Below are positions 1 to 9,886 of a stretch of DNA of 64,000 nucleotides, one piece after another. How positions within the stretch are numbered: the stretch's first letter is position 1; every line of letters starts with the position of its first letter. Both the position numbers and the translations under genes were made by a program. This stretch comes from Rubripirellula sp. (GTDB lineage: Bacteria > Planctomycetota > Planctomycetia > Pirellulales > Pirellulaceae), in the NCBI GenBank assembly GCA_965216875.1, contig OZ244207.1, positions 7,200,001 through 7,264,000 of the forward strand, given 5' to 3'. The notes beneath the pieces are model-generated. The model was not told the DNA's origin, made no database searches, and worked only from the letters and a program-made list of their open reading frames with translations.

Positions 1-50
1 CATCTCGAATTGCCGCCTGTAGGTCACGCGCGACAGGCCCGCCGCGACCA

Positions 51-227
51 GTGAGCCGTACGCGCTAGCGTCGGGCCTTTCGAGATGCGCGAAAAGCCCG
101 GCCGCTTACGCGATCGCGGCTCACAATCGGTTCGTCATCCCGCCTGGAGGCGGAATGGTTGAAGATTCCGGCTAAAGCTCGGTACTACGAACGGTGTGTA
201 AGGCCCGACGCTAGCGAGTTCGGCTCA
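51..227. repeat. REP-like palindromic repeat cluster, family A (GTGAGCCG..CGCTAGCGTCGGGCC), inverted pair
   Basis: gtgagccgtacgcgctagcgtcgggcc at 51-77 and a reverse copy ggcccgacgctagcgagttcggctcac at 201-227. The same motif recurs at 17738, 29257, 59913 and 60125-60239. Confidence 0.8.
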
Positions 228-242
228 CAAGAAAACAGGCCA

Positions 243-1883
243 CTAGGAACTGAACAGCGATGCGATCGTCTTCGCAACACGTTTGGGGTCGGCACCTTCG
301 ACTTCTTCATCGATCTCGTTGAGCCAGTCGATGGCTTCTTTTCGATGTTCGTCAGTGGCTTTGGGTGCAAGCGCTTGGTAGGCCGCCTTGGCTGCTTCGG
401 TTGCGGGCGCATCCATTGGCATCGCAAAGGCAGCCAGTTTGTTGGCCAGTGAAAAGGGGAACTCATCGAAGGTGTAGCTTCGGTTTTTGGCGTTGTAGCG
501 AATGACCAGTTTGTCGTCCCCTTTTTCGACCACGATCACGCGGAAGGAATCGGTGACGGCAAAGTCGTTGCCAACCACAAGCGAATCAACACCGCGTTCG
601 ATTCCACCGCGATAGTACGAAGCCAGTTCGGCCAGTTCGTAAAGCGCTTCAGCTCTCTCTTTTTGCGCTTTGTTCAGCGAGGATTCGGTTAGCTTCTCCG
701 CTGCCGACTTCATCTCTTTCCAATTCGCTGTCCGAAGCAATTCTTCGACCTTTTGAATCGATTCATCTGCGGCGGCAACCATTTCGTCGGTCATTTCACC
801 CGGTGGCGTGGGCGCGGGAGTCTCGACTTTTGGTGGTTGAGCGGGAGGGTTGTTGTCGGACGCACCGGTCATCTCGGCGATCATCGACGGCGATGGTGAC
901 TGATTGTTGGTCTCCGTCATCTCCGGTTTGTCGAGCAAAGATCGACCGGGACGCGAGGGGCCTGCGTTGTCACCACCGGGCGGCGGAACGTTGTCGCCAG
1001 CCATCGTTCCCATCACGGGATCGAGCGGTCGAGGTTGAGCAACCGTTGGCTGCGCGCCATTGGTTTGATCGGCGTCCGGGGCAACGACCTCGGGCGCGTT
1101 CTGTCCTACGGAGATCGCCACACCATCGTTGGATTGAGTGACGGCAACGGTGCCACCACGAAGCAACACGAAAGCCATCACGCCAATCAGGCCCATCATG
1201 CAAACGGCGAAAAAGAAAAACATCAACACGCCAAGCGGAGACGTTCGTCGACGCGACGATTGACGTGTCGGTTGTTTGACCACGACCGAACTCATCGCTC
1301 CCGCTGGACCGGTTCCGGCAGGGCTGGCGACTTCGGTTGCAATGACGGGAGCCTCTTGTTGTGGCGTCCCAAAGACTCCTGGCGGCATCGCGGTTGGTGG
1401 TTCGGCGACGGCTGAAGGCGGTGCCCCCGTTGGGCTTTGCGCCGGTGCGTTTGACGCCAGCGGGTTTGACGGTGGCAACACCGCGGCAAGCGGATCGCTT
1501 GTCGGCAACACAGCGCTCAAGGGGTCTTTGCTAGGCGGTGCCGGTGGAGGCGGCGCGACGGGCCCAGCGGGTTCGGCTGGCGCGGTGGGGATGTCTACGA
1601 TTCCAAAGCGAGCATCAAGTTGCGACTTGAGCTTTGGATCGCTGAGTACTTGATTGGCTTGTTGGACCAACTTGGCGGCAAGTGCCCAGGTCTTGGAGTC
1701 CGTCGACGCCTTGGAGTCCTTGAGACGTTGGACGGTTTCCTTGACCGCTTGCTTGATCACTTCCGGATCGCTCTCGCCGACCTCAAGCCCAAACACTTGA
1801 TAGGCGTGAGGCTGTTTGGTCCCTTCGGGGATCGGCAGCAATTGGTGGATCGTCACTGTGTCAGCTTGCGTTTGTTGGGGCAA
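243..1883 (-). CDS. Hypothetical single-pass membrane protein (J-domain-like N-terminus, Pro-rich linkers, one TM)
   Basis: 546-aa ORF with TTG start. N-terminal HAYQVFGL..DPEVIKQA helix pattern, Pro/Ala-rich linkers, TM segment LGVLMFFFFAVCMMGLIGVMAFVLL. Confidence 0.7.
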   Translation of the reverse strand: MPQQTQADTVTIHQLLPIPEGTKQPHAYQVFGLEVGESDPEVIKQAVKETVQRLKDSKASTDSKTWALAAKLVQQANQVLSDPKLKSQLDARFGIVDIPTAPAEPAGPVAPPPPAPPSKDPLSAVLPTSDPLAAVLPPSNPLASNAPAQSPTGAPPSAVAEPPTAMPPGVFGTPQQEAPVIATEVASPAGTGPAGAMSSVVVKQPTRQSSRRRTSPLGVLMFFFFAVCMMGLIGVMAFVLLRGGTVAVTQSNDGVAISVGQNAPEVVAPDADQTNGAQPTVAQPRPLDPVMGTMAGDNVPPPGGDNAGPSRPGRSLLDKPEMTETNNQSPSPSMIAEMTGASDNNPPAQPPKVETPAPTPPGEMTDEMVAAADESIQKVEELLRTANWKEMKSAAEKLTESSLNKAQKERAEALYELAELASYYRGGIERGVDSLVVGNDFAVTDSFRVIVVEKGDDKLVIRYNAKNRSYTFDEFPFSLANKLAAFAMPMDAPATEAAKAAYQALAPKATDEHRKEAIDWLNEIDEEVEGADPKRVAKTIASLFSS

Positions 1884-2144
1884 TCATCCGTCGACCGAGA
1901 GCTGATATCGCTCTCTTGATAGACGAATCGATGGGGGCGCCGGTTTCCTCAAAAGGACCAAAATCCGTGATGGAGCGGAGCCACAATGGGGCGGATACTA
2001 AATTTTGGCTTGGAGCTGGCCGTTTTGTCACCTCTTTTCAAGCCAAAACCATAGGCTTCGTTACGTATAACGTCAGGCGCTAACGGCTATTAGGCTCATC
2101 GGCGTCAATCTTGCCAGATGGCCGAAATGCCGGCCAAATCCCGC

Positions 2145-2963
2145 TCAGAATCTTGCCAAATCGAGCAGCCCACGGCAAACCAGATTGTCGATTTGGTGGC
2201 ATTCTCGACGCAGCATGGGGGCGATCGAGCGACTGTCACCGCCAGTGACCACCCAGCGGACCGCACTGGAATCGAGGCCCGCGGCGTCGCAATAGGCGAC
2301 CGCGAGCCGCTCGATGCTCGCTGCACTGCCCATCATGACCCCCAGCCGAATCGCATCGACGGTGTTTTTCGCTGGTGCCACCAGCGGAGCATCGCTGTGG
2401 AAATCGATCTTCGGCAACGCATCGGTGCCAGAGGCGAGCGCCGCGACCTGCATCGTCAGACCGGGCAGGATTGCTCCGCCACCAAAGGCTCCCTCGGCGT
2501 CGACCCAATCGACGGTAATCGCCGAACCTGCATCGATCACGACGATGGGCCCACCGTATCGATTGGCTGCGGCGTAAGCGCCGACCAGCCGATCGATGCC
2601 GAGGCGATCTGGATGATCCACATGGACCTTCATGGGCACGTCGGTACGGGAGACCAACTGAACCTCTGTTTCGCGTCCAGCCGTTTCGACCACGGCCCGA
2701 AGTTCCTTTCCAGCGCGATCGTGAACCGAGGCGACGCGCCAAGAAACCTCGTTTTGCGTGCGCGAGTCGACCCAAGCGATGATCGAGCGGTGCCAATCTT
2801 CCTGTTCCAATCGGACCGACATCTCGTCCAACAAAGACGCCGGTTCGTCAGCCGCGCTGCTTGAAGCATCCGAAGCGTTCAGCTGACCCAAGTCGCTCGA
2901 CTGGGCAAGACAAACCTTCGCAGCCGAGTTGCCAACGTCCACCGCGACGACGTGCTCGCTCAC
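2145..2963 (-). CDS. coaX: Type III pantothenate kinase
   Basis: Motifs [32 protein letters not shown] and VTGGD. Overlaps the obgE stop by 4 nt (GTGA). Confidence 0.92.
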   Translation of the reverse strand: MSEHVVAVDVGNSAAKVCLAQSSDLGQLNASDASSSAADEPASLLDEMSVRLEQEDWHRSIIAWVDSRTQNEVSWRVASVHDRAGKELRAVVETAGRETEVQLVSRTDVPMKVHVDHPDRLGIDRLVGAYAAANRYGGPIVVIDAGSAITVDWVDAEGAFGGGAILPGLTMQVAALASGTDALPKIDFHSDAPLVAPAKNTVDAIRLGVMMGSAASIERLAVAYCDAAGLDSSAVRWVVTGGDSRSIAPMLRRECHQIDNLVCRGLLDLARF

Positions 2964-4126
2964 GATTGGTCCTCGAGCTTCGAATCGTCAAAGTCTTTGG
3001 CTTGCATGTCATTTGAAAGCGACGCCGTGGGGCCTGCGAGATGGGGTGGGACTCGCCGTGGACGCTTGTTCGATTTGGCTTTGACGTCGGATTCGCGAAG
3101 CGGCGTTACTTCTTCGCCAGCATCGAGCATTGCTTCGCGACGCTCTTCAACACGTGCGGCGACTTCTTCGGTCAGTTCTTTCAAGCCATCGCCGGTCATC
3201 GCGCTAATCAGAAAAACGTCGCGCCCGGTCTGCTCGGCGAGTTGTTGTCGGACGTCGTCGGCACCGTCGAGTTCACTTTTGGTGACAACGATGATCTCTT
3301 CGCGCTCGGCAAGCGATTGATCGTATTCGGCAAGTTCGGTCCGAATCGCATTGTAGTTTTCGATCGGATCGGTTTCGTCGATCGGAGCCGGTTCAACGAG
3401 GTGCACCAAAAGTCCGGCGCGTTCAACGTGACGCAAAAACTCGTGGCCCAAGCCAACACCGTCACTTGCGCCTTCGATCAAACCAGGGATGTCGGCAAGC
3501 ACGAACGAACGTTCGGTGGTGACATCGACGATGCCAAGGTTGGGATGCTTGGTCGTGAAGGGATAATCAGCAATCTCGGGGCGAGCGCTGCTGATGCGGC
3601 TCAGCAGCGTACTCTTACCGGCGTTTGGTTTTCCGACCAAACCAACATCGGCAATCGACTTGAGTTCAAGAATCACCAAACGCATTTCGCCCGGTTCGCC
3701 GAGTGTTCGATTGCGCGGTGTCTGATTCGTACTGCTTTTGAAGTGGGCGTTTCCTTTGCCACCTTTGCCGCCCCGCGCAACAACGAACTCCTCGCCCGGC
3801 GTGGTCAGGTCCTTGATGACGAATCCTTGTTCGGCATCAATGACGGTGGTCCCAGGAGGCACCAGTAGACGTTCGTCTTTGCCTTTGCGGCCGTGTCGAA
3901 GCGAGCCCATTCCGGGCTGGCCTTTTTGGGCGCGATACATGCGCCGGTTGGCATAGGCGGCGAGACTGTTGACGCCGATGCGGGCTTCCAAAATGATGCT
4001 CGCGCCGTGTCCCCCATCCCCACCATCGGGACCGCCACGCGGCACGTACTTTTCACGCCGCATGCTCATGCAACCATCCCCGCCTTTACCTGCCTGCAGT
4101 TCGATTTGGACGCGGTCAACAAACAT
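2960..4126 (-). CDS. obgE: GTPase ObgE/CgtA
   Basis: MFVDR start at 4126 (the longer ORF start runs into a tandem repeat). Gly-rich Obg domain (GGPDGGDGG), G1 [21 protein letters not shown]. Confidence 0.96.
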   Translation of the reverse strand: MFVDRVQIELQAGKGGDGCMSMRREKYVPRGGPDGGDGGHGASIILEARIGVNSLAAYANRRMYRAQKGQPGMGSLRHGRKGKDERLLVPPGTTVIDAEQGFVIKDLTTPGEEFVVARGGKGGKGNAHFKSSTNQTPRNRTLGEPGEMRLVILELKSIADVGLVGKPNAGKSTLLSRISSARPEIADYPFTTKHPNLGIVDVTTERSFVLADIPGLIEGASDGVGLGHEFLRHVERAGLLVHLVEPAPIDETDPIENYNAIRTELAEYDQSLAEREEIIVVTKSELDGADDVRQQLAEQTGRDVFLISAMTGDGLKELTEEVAARVEERREAMLDAGEEVTPLRESDVKAKSNKRPRRVPPHLAGPTASLSNDMQAKDFDDSKLEDQS

Positions 4127-4169
4127 GATGCATTGAATGAGTTTGAAAGGTGTTGGGTTGGTTCGCCCC

Positions 4170-4275
4170 AAAACGTCCCGGCTCGCCGTCAAAACGTCCC
4201 GGCTCGCCGTCAAAACGTCCCAGCTCGCTGCCAAAAGGAACTCGGTTTGCCGTCAGTCGGACCCGGCTCGCCGTC
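4170..4275. repeat. Tandem repeat of ~21-bp units, 5 copies, progressively degenerate
   Basis: aaaacgtcccggctcgccgtc twice exactly (4170-4211), then aaaacgtcccagctcgctgcc, aaaaggaactcggtttgccgtc and agtcggacccggctcgccgtc. Confidence 0.85.
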
Positions 4276-4574
4276 AAATGGACCCCGTTTGACGCTGGGT
4301 GGTTCCGGCGAATGGGCTCTCAGTATGCCGTCGAACGGGCACAGTCGGGTTGTGATGGGTCTGCCGCAACACAAGATGACGACCAATCAGAAGAATTGAG
4401 CGACAACCCCGCCGGGGCGGCCAACGCAAAGACGTCACGGTGTTCAACAAGCGACGCCTCGGCAAAGGAGAGACGCGGAAGCTTGAACGACAACCATTCC
4501 ACCCCACTGGCCAGTCGATCCCGAAGGGCAATCCTCTGCCCCCGATGTCATCTGCCGAGGCGGAACGCTGCAAC

Positions 4575-5561
4575 TTAGCGGAACAACCAGCGATAGTCGA
4601 GACGCTCGTCGACGCCGTATCGCTGGAGGATGTAGGCCTGCTGGCCCTGTTCTTCGTAGGCGGGAACGCCAAAGCGGATGCGGTCGCCGGTTTGCCGCAT
4701 CGTGTCACCGGGACGGAAGAAGTTCAGTTGCAGTGCCTTGCGGCGGTATGGGGCGTCGTCCCCTTCGCCATCTTGCTCGAAAGCGTTGGTCAGGCCATAG
4801 ACTTCGACCGAAAAGAAGTCGAGGTTCGGGTCGACGTCTTCCCAGGTCGCGACGCCCCAAACACCTGGCGACGCTGGGTCGCTGCTAAAGGGAATCGCTT
4901 GTTTCGAGATATCGACGGTATTGTGCAGCGGAGCGGTGATCTGCTCGCGAATCGCGATCTTCTCGGTCGCGGTTGGCAAGATTCGGTCGACGTATTGTTT
5001 GCCTGTCAGATGGTTGCTCAGCACAAACATTGGAAAGAAGCGTCGGGTGTCGTAGTGGATCTGCTCGACGCGTTTGTAGATGGGCACACCGGCCACTTGG
5101 TCGACGGCGGGACGCAGGTCGCCGCCGCGGTAGCGAACGCGATAGACCATGTACCAAATCAGCTTTCGCTGCATTCGCCCGTCGGGACGGGGAATGTCGA
5201 TGTACATCTGACGCATCGGTTTGAACGAGAACTCGAAGCAATAGATTTCGCGTCGCAAAATCACCTGCTTGGCCATTTCAACGAGCGTGCGGCTGCGTGG
5301 ATCGTAATGGGGTTCGCCGTCAGGATGGGTCTCGCCACCCCACTGAATTTCGGGATAGGCGTCCATCAGCGTTTGAAGGGTTTGCGGCCCATCAAAGGTC
5401 TCTCTGGGCTCTGCGGCCGGCGGGATCACCGTCACCACACCCGGGGCAAACTCGGTCTGTTCCGTCGTCGACGGATCCTTCTTCTTTTCGTCCTGTGCCG
5501 AAACAGTAGCAACGCAGGAAAACGCGAGCGTTAGGGCGACAAAGAATCGTGAAAAGAGCAT
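4575..5561 (-). CDS. Secreted hypothetical protein
   Basis: 328-aa ORF with Sec signal (..ATVSA-Q) and a beta-rich, aromatic-rich mature part. No family recognised with confidence. Confidence 0.75.
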   Translation of the reverse strand: MLFSRFFVALTLAFSCVATVSAQDEKKKDPSTTEQTEFAPGVVTVIPPAAEPRETFDGPQTLQTLMDAYPEIQWGGETHPDGEPHYDPRSRTLVEMAKQVILRREIYCFEFSFKPMRQMYIDIPRPDGRMQRKLIWYMVYRVRYRGGDLRPAVDQVAGVPIYKRVEQIHYDTRRFFPMFVLSNHLTGKQYVDRILPTATEKIAIREQITAPLHNTVDISKQAIPFSSDPASPGVWGVATWEDVDPNLDFFSVEVYGLTNAFEQDGEGDDAPYRRKALQLNFFRPGDTMRQTGDRIRFGVPAYEEQGQQAYILQRYGVDERLDYRWLFR

Positions 5562-5698
5562 GTTTGGATCCGTAATCGTTCAAAGCTGGATGTCAGCAAA
5601 TGGGGCCCGCAGGGCGAAACCGGAGCCTGATGGAGGCTGTATCGGGGGCGCAGAACGCGTCCGCATCAAATGAGGGCACCCGTAAATTGTAATTCGAT

Positions 5699-7180
5699 TT
5701 ATTCACTTGCGTTTTTTTCTTCCGCAGGATTCCGGCTGGCAGTCCGGGCCGCTGGCGTTGACGGTTCGGCCGACGAGACCGCGGTTTCGGACTCTGGCGA
5801 GGGGGTCGGAGCCGCGTCGAGACGCATCGAGCTGGCCAGTTGGATGTCGGAACCAGCAAATTGGCGGATGTTTTCGCCCTCCATCGTGAAGGTGGCCAAC
5901 AGGCGTCGACCGCTGTCATCGGAGAAATGCATCAACACCCACTGGATCGGTACCCCCAGGACGGAGCCCGCCGCGGTGATTCTCAGCACCCGCAGCCCGC
6001 TGTCGCTGACGCGTTGGTCCGCTTCGATCAGCTCGCTCAACTGCTCGCCGAGTGTCCGCTGCACATCTTCCTGGAACGCCTCGAGCGTCCACTGTTGACC
6101 AGGCGATAGGGCCGCCAGCGGACGAACGTCGCATTGGGCGATGCTGCGATCCGAATCGATCATCCGCATCATCGCCGAGCCGGGCACGTCCTTCATCATT
6201 CGCCACTGACGCGGCATCATCGCGTTGAATTGAAGCGACTTACTGCCCAGTTCCACGTACAGGCGATCGGCGGGAACGGGCTGGGTGAAATTGATCGGGG
6301 CCGGTTTGGGCGACAGGGCAATCGCATTGTCGAGGGGTCGCCGCAACAGTTTGACGGTCGCTTGGATGTCAAACCCGGGCTCGCTCTTGCTGATTTCGCG
6401 CGTCTCATGCAGACCCAAAGCGAACCAAGTGCATGTCCCCAGAGTTCGATCGAAGGTCAGTTTTCCGATCAGGCGAATGACCGTTGGCACGCCATCGACC
6501 GATGCATCGACTTTGCCTTTGAGTTCCATCGTTGCGGTCGCCTCACTGATCGACGTCACCGTGATGGAAACTTCGTTGGCATCCACCGCAGTCAGGTTCA
6601 AAACGGAACCGATCGCGTCACCGCTCGGTGAGTACACGCTTCCTTGGGAGACCGCTTCGGTTGGCAGAAGTTGGTCGACCGCCACGCTCGCTGCGGGAAC
6701 GCGAAGCAACTCGAGTTCGGGTTGCTTGAAGTAATCGTCCACCGAGTAGATCACTTCAGGCAGTGTTTCGCGGCGCACGACGACCTCGCGTGCCGCCGGA
6801 CGCAGTTGACTGCTAATCGCCCGTTGGTTCACCGTGCCAGCACTTTTGGCTTCGTGATAGTAACGCTCGGCAAACGTGATCGGCGAAGCTGGGTCGGCAT
6901 CCTTGGGAAGCCTCAGACGCTCCTCGTAGTCAAACACCGCTTTGCTTTCGAGCGGTAGTTTCATCCGGCTCTTTCGCGACACCAACGCGTTTTCGGGAAC
7001 GTTGATGTTGCCGGCAACCTCCATTTCGAGGCGAACACGAAACAGGTCGTTTTGCCCACTTGGTCGCAGCAGAACCGAGTCGCCGTCAGCGGCAGACGCT
7101 TTGCCCCCGACACCGCTGGCAGCAATCGCGGCGGAGGCAAGCAGGAACTGACGGCGCGTTGTGTTTAATTCTTGTCCCAT
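5699..7180 (-). CDS. Tat-exported hypothetical protein
   Basis: TTRRQFLL twin-arginine signal followed by a hydrophobic stretch and ASA cleavage site; ~493 aa. Confidence 0.75.
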   Translation of the reverse strand: MGQELNTTRRQFLLASAAIAASGVGGKASAADGDSVLLRPSGQNDLFRVRLEMEVAGNINVPENALVSRKSRMKLPLESKAVFDYEERLRLPKDADPASPITFAERYYHEAKSAGTVNQRAISSQLRPAAREVVVRRETLPEVIYSVDDYFKQPELELLRVPAASVAVDQLLPTEAVSQGSVYSPSGDAIGSVLNLTAVDANEVSITVTSISEATATMELKGKVDASVDGVPTVIRLIGKLTFDRTLGTCTWFALGLHETREISKSEPGFDIQATVKLLRRPLDNAIALSPKPAPINFTQPVPADRLYVELGSKSLQFNAMMPRQWRMMKDVPGSAMMRMIDSDRSIAQCDVRPLAALSPGQQWTLEAFQEDVQRTLGEQLSELIEADQRVSDSGLRVLRITAAGSVLGVPIQWVLMHFSDDSGRRLLATFTMEGENIRQFAGSDIQLASSMRLDAAPTPSPESETAVSSAEPSTPAARTASRNPAEEKNASE

Positions 7181-7819
7181 CACAAGTCACATCCATGTGG
7201 TTTGCAATTGATTCAGCGGTCAGCAACCGAACTGGCAGATTTCCAGCGGCTCCCTCCGCAAAGAGGCTCTTCCTCTCTAGATCGACTTCGGCGACAGGGG
7301 GATTCACTGGAATTCCCCATCCAACCCAAAGTGAAATTGAGGAAATGTCAGACTTTGCCGGCAGCCGCGTGACCTTTGGTGTCAGTGAAAGTGCCCATAT
7401 AGATCCTGGCGGGTCGGTTTCGGGTTTCTCCAAATCCCTGATCGGGTTGCCGCACACTTGGTCGGGGTGTCGTCATCCGTATCACGAGTCGTCTCAAAAT
7501 TAGACGCCTAGTCTTTCAAAAAGATGGAAAAAGTTACACATGAGCTGGACTATTGGGGTGGAGAGCGGAAAGTGATCCAATTCAACAAGATGCGGTCGGA
7601 CGCGGCGAAAACGGAGCTGGAGAGGGCATTTGTCGAACCAAAACGTTCGGAATCGCGCCGTTTGGCCCAAGATTTCCAGATAAGAACCGTTGACTGAGTA
7701 GGAAACTGCCAAATGGAAGGGCGCTTCCCCCCGCCCGTGCGGTCGGGATCGTCACGGTCAAGATTTGACAACAGTGGTAAAAAGAGTTCGACAGGCGAAC
7801 TTAGTGTCCAAAACAACAG

Positions 7820-8080
7820 TCTTTTTAAGGAAACAGCACAACTCGATTACGCGTAGTAATCATGTGGGTTGATGACAAGGAGTCGTCAGCCGTTGCCAAC
7901 GGAAGCCGTCAGCCGGTTAGTGGGTCGAACCTCCACGAAGGCTGATGCCAACCAGACGCAACACCAACCAACATCGCTCTACGGATAGAGGGATACCTGG
8001 GCAACTTTGATTTTTCGAGTGAGCGACCCGCCGGGGTCGCAGGGAAAGGATGGACACTCGAGCGATCGGCACTGGGAGAT
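7820..8080 (+). promoter_or_regulatory. Structured 5' leader with clustered ANGGA (CsrA/RsmA-type) motifs
   Basis: ANGGA at 7827, 7877, 7899, 7981, 7989, 8041, 8046 and 8050. Two lie in hairpin loops (tgatgac-AAGGA-gtcgtca; ctcta-CGGA-tagag). Confidence 0.45.
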
Positions 8081-8087
8081 GACGTCG

Positions 8088-9761
8088 ATGCACCAAGACT
8101 ATCGCGACGCCAAAATCAAGGAACTTCGAGACCAACTGACTCGCTTTGCTCCAAAGGCAAAGAAGATCGAACAAGCTGCGCTTACAGAGGCGGTTTACGG
8201 CGAGATCGAATCGGACCGATCGTACGCCTTCGATTACCTCTGTTACCGAATCACCAAATACCGTCCCGAAACCCCCAGTCGCCACAGCATTGCTTCGGCC
8301 GACCTGAAGCACGATCTGCGTCTTCTGATTGAAGACCTAAGCGACTCTGCCGATATCACCGTCGGCGAAGTTTCAGAGCCAGTTCACACCGTCGATGAAC
8401 TGAGCAAGATGTTCAACGTTTCGACCAAGACAATCAGCCGCTGGCGTGATTCGGGGTTGGTCAGTCGTCGATTGTTGTTCGGCGGTCGTAAGCGAGTTGG
8501 CTTCTTGCACAGCTCGGTGGAACGCTTCGTCAACAACAACCGCGACAAGATTCGACGCGGCGAACGCTTCAGCCAACTGACTGATGACGAAAAGAGCGAG
8601 ATGATCGAACGCGCTCGCCAGTTGGTCGAAGGAGGCGCGAGTCTTTCGGAAGTGACTCGGCGACTTGCTGACCAAATGAAGCGAAGTCCCGAGACGATTC
8701 GCTACACGCTGAAGAACTTCGATGCCGACCACAAGTCGTTGGCAATCTTCCCGAATCATCGTGGCGCGCTCACCGAAGACGACAAGCGATCAATCTTCAA
8801 GCTGTATGTGCATGGCGCGACCATCGCTCAGCTTTGCAAACGTTTCAAGCGAACGCGAACCAGCATCCAACGCATCCTGCTTGACATGCGATTGGAGCAG
8901 GTCGCCGAGCTTCCGTTGGACTACATCTACAACGAAGACTTCGAGGTCACGTCGCGCGAAGGCGAATACGTTGGTGACATGCCCGAAGCGGCATCAGCAC
9001 CTCGTAAGGTTCGCGTGCCATCCGGTTTGCCAAGTTACCTTGCTGCGCTTTATGAAGTCCCGCTGTTGACGCGTGAGCAGGAGTATCATCTTTTCCGCAA
9101 GATGAACTACCTCAAGCACAAAGCCAACCGGTTGCGTGAGAGTCTTGCCAAAACCCAAGGTAGCAAGACGGCGATCATGGACGAGATTGACGAGCTTTAC
9201 GAACAAGCCGTCTTGGTCAAAAACCGAATCGTGCAAAGCAACCTGCGATTGGTCGTCTCGATTGCAAAGCGGCACGTTGCCAGCACCGATGATTTCTTCG
9301 CACTCGTCAGTGACGGAAACATGTCGCTGATTCGCGCCGTAGAAAAGTTTGATTACTCACGTGGCAACAAGTTCAGCACGTATGCTTCGTGGGCAATCAT
9401 GAAGAACTTCGCTCGTACGATCCCCAGCGAGTTCAAGCATCGCGATCGTTTTCGCACGACGACCGAAGAACTCTTTTTGGCTCGCCAGGACGATCGGCTC
9501 GATCCCTATGCTGCTGAATCGGTCCAACGGTCGCGGCAACGTGAACTCTCCAAAATCCTCAACCGTCTCGACGAACGCGAGCAAAAGATCATCACCGCTC
9601 GTTTCGGTCTTGGCCGCGGCAACGAGCCGTTGACGTTGAAGGAAGTGGGCGAGGAAATGGGCGTGACCAAAGAACGCATTCGCCAGCTCGAAGCACGCGC
9701 GTTGACCAAGCTTCGCGAAGCGGCTGATGAAGCGAAGATTGACGTCGAATTGGGCTCGTAG
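8088..9761 (+). CDS. Sigma-70 family RNA polymerase sigma factor with N-terminal multi-HTH extension
   Basis: Region 1.2-like LLTREQE, region 2 NLRLVVSIAK..AVEKFDYSRGNKFSTYASWAI, region 4 TLKEVGEEMGVTKERIRQLE. ATG at 8088 preceded by GGAG. Confidence 0.92.
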   Translation: MHQDYRDAKIKELRDQLTRFAPKAKKIEQAALTEAVYGEIESDRSYAFDYLCYRITKYRPETPSRHSIASADLKHDLRLLIEDLSDSADITVGEVSEPVHTVDELSKMFNVSTKTISRWRDSGLVSRRLLFGGRKRVGFLHSSVERFVNNNRDKIRRGERFSQLTDDEKSEMIERARQLVEGGASLSEVTRRLADQMKRSPETIRYTLKNFDADHKSLAIFPNHRGALTEDDKRSIFKLYVHGATIAQLCKRFKRTRTSIQRILLDMRLEQVAELPLDYIYNEDFEVTSREGEYVGDMPEAASAPRKVRVPSGLPSYLAALYEVPLLTREQEYHLFRKMNYLKHKANRLRESLAKTQGSKTAIMDEIDELYEQAVLVKNRIVQSNLRLVVSIAKRHVASTDDFFALVSDGNMSLIRAVEKFDYSRGNKFSTYASWAIMKNFARTIPSEFKHRDRFRTTTEELFLARQDDRLDPYAAESVQRSRQRELSKILNRLDEREQKIITARFGLGRGNEPLTLKEVGEEMGVTKERIRQLEARALTKLREAADEAKIDVELGS

Positions 9762-9886
9762 GCAAGGTTGTTTTGGCGTCCCTTGTTGGACGCCACGTCG
9801 TTTTTGGCCTAATGGTCAAAGGCAGCCCATCCGTTTAGGTTGTGTACGAGCTTTTTCAATTCGATCACTCGCTACATGCAACCAAA

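Noticed and set aside
4170..4275. Possible CRISPR array, or an N-terminal repeat extension of ObgE
   Set aside because: No spacers. ObgE conventionally starts at MFVD (4126), so the DVLTASR repeats are an ORF-calling artefact.
4320..4502. 60-aa ORF between obgE and the upstream gene (rpmA is often found here)
   Set aside because: No similarity to L27/L21 and no coding support.
7765..7800. Sigma-70 promoter from the perfect TTGACA at 7765
   Set aside because: No credible -10 hexamer at 16-18 nt spacing.
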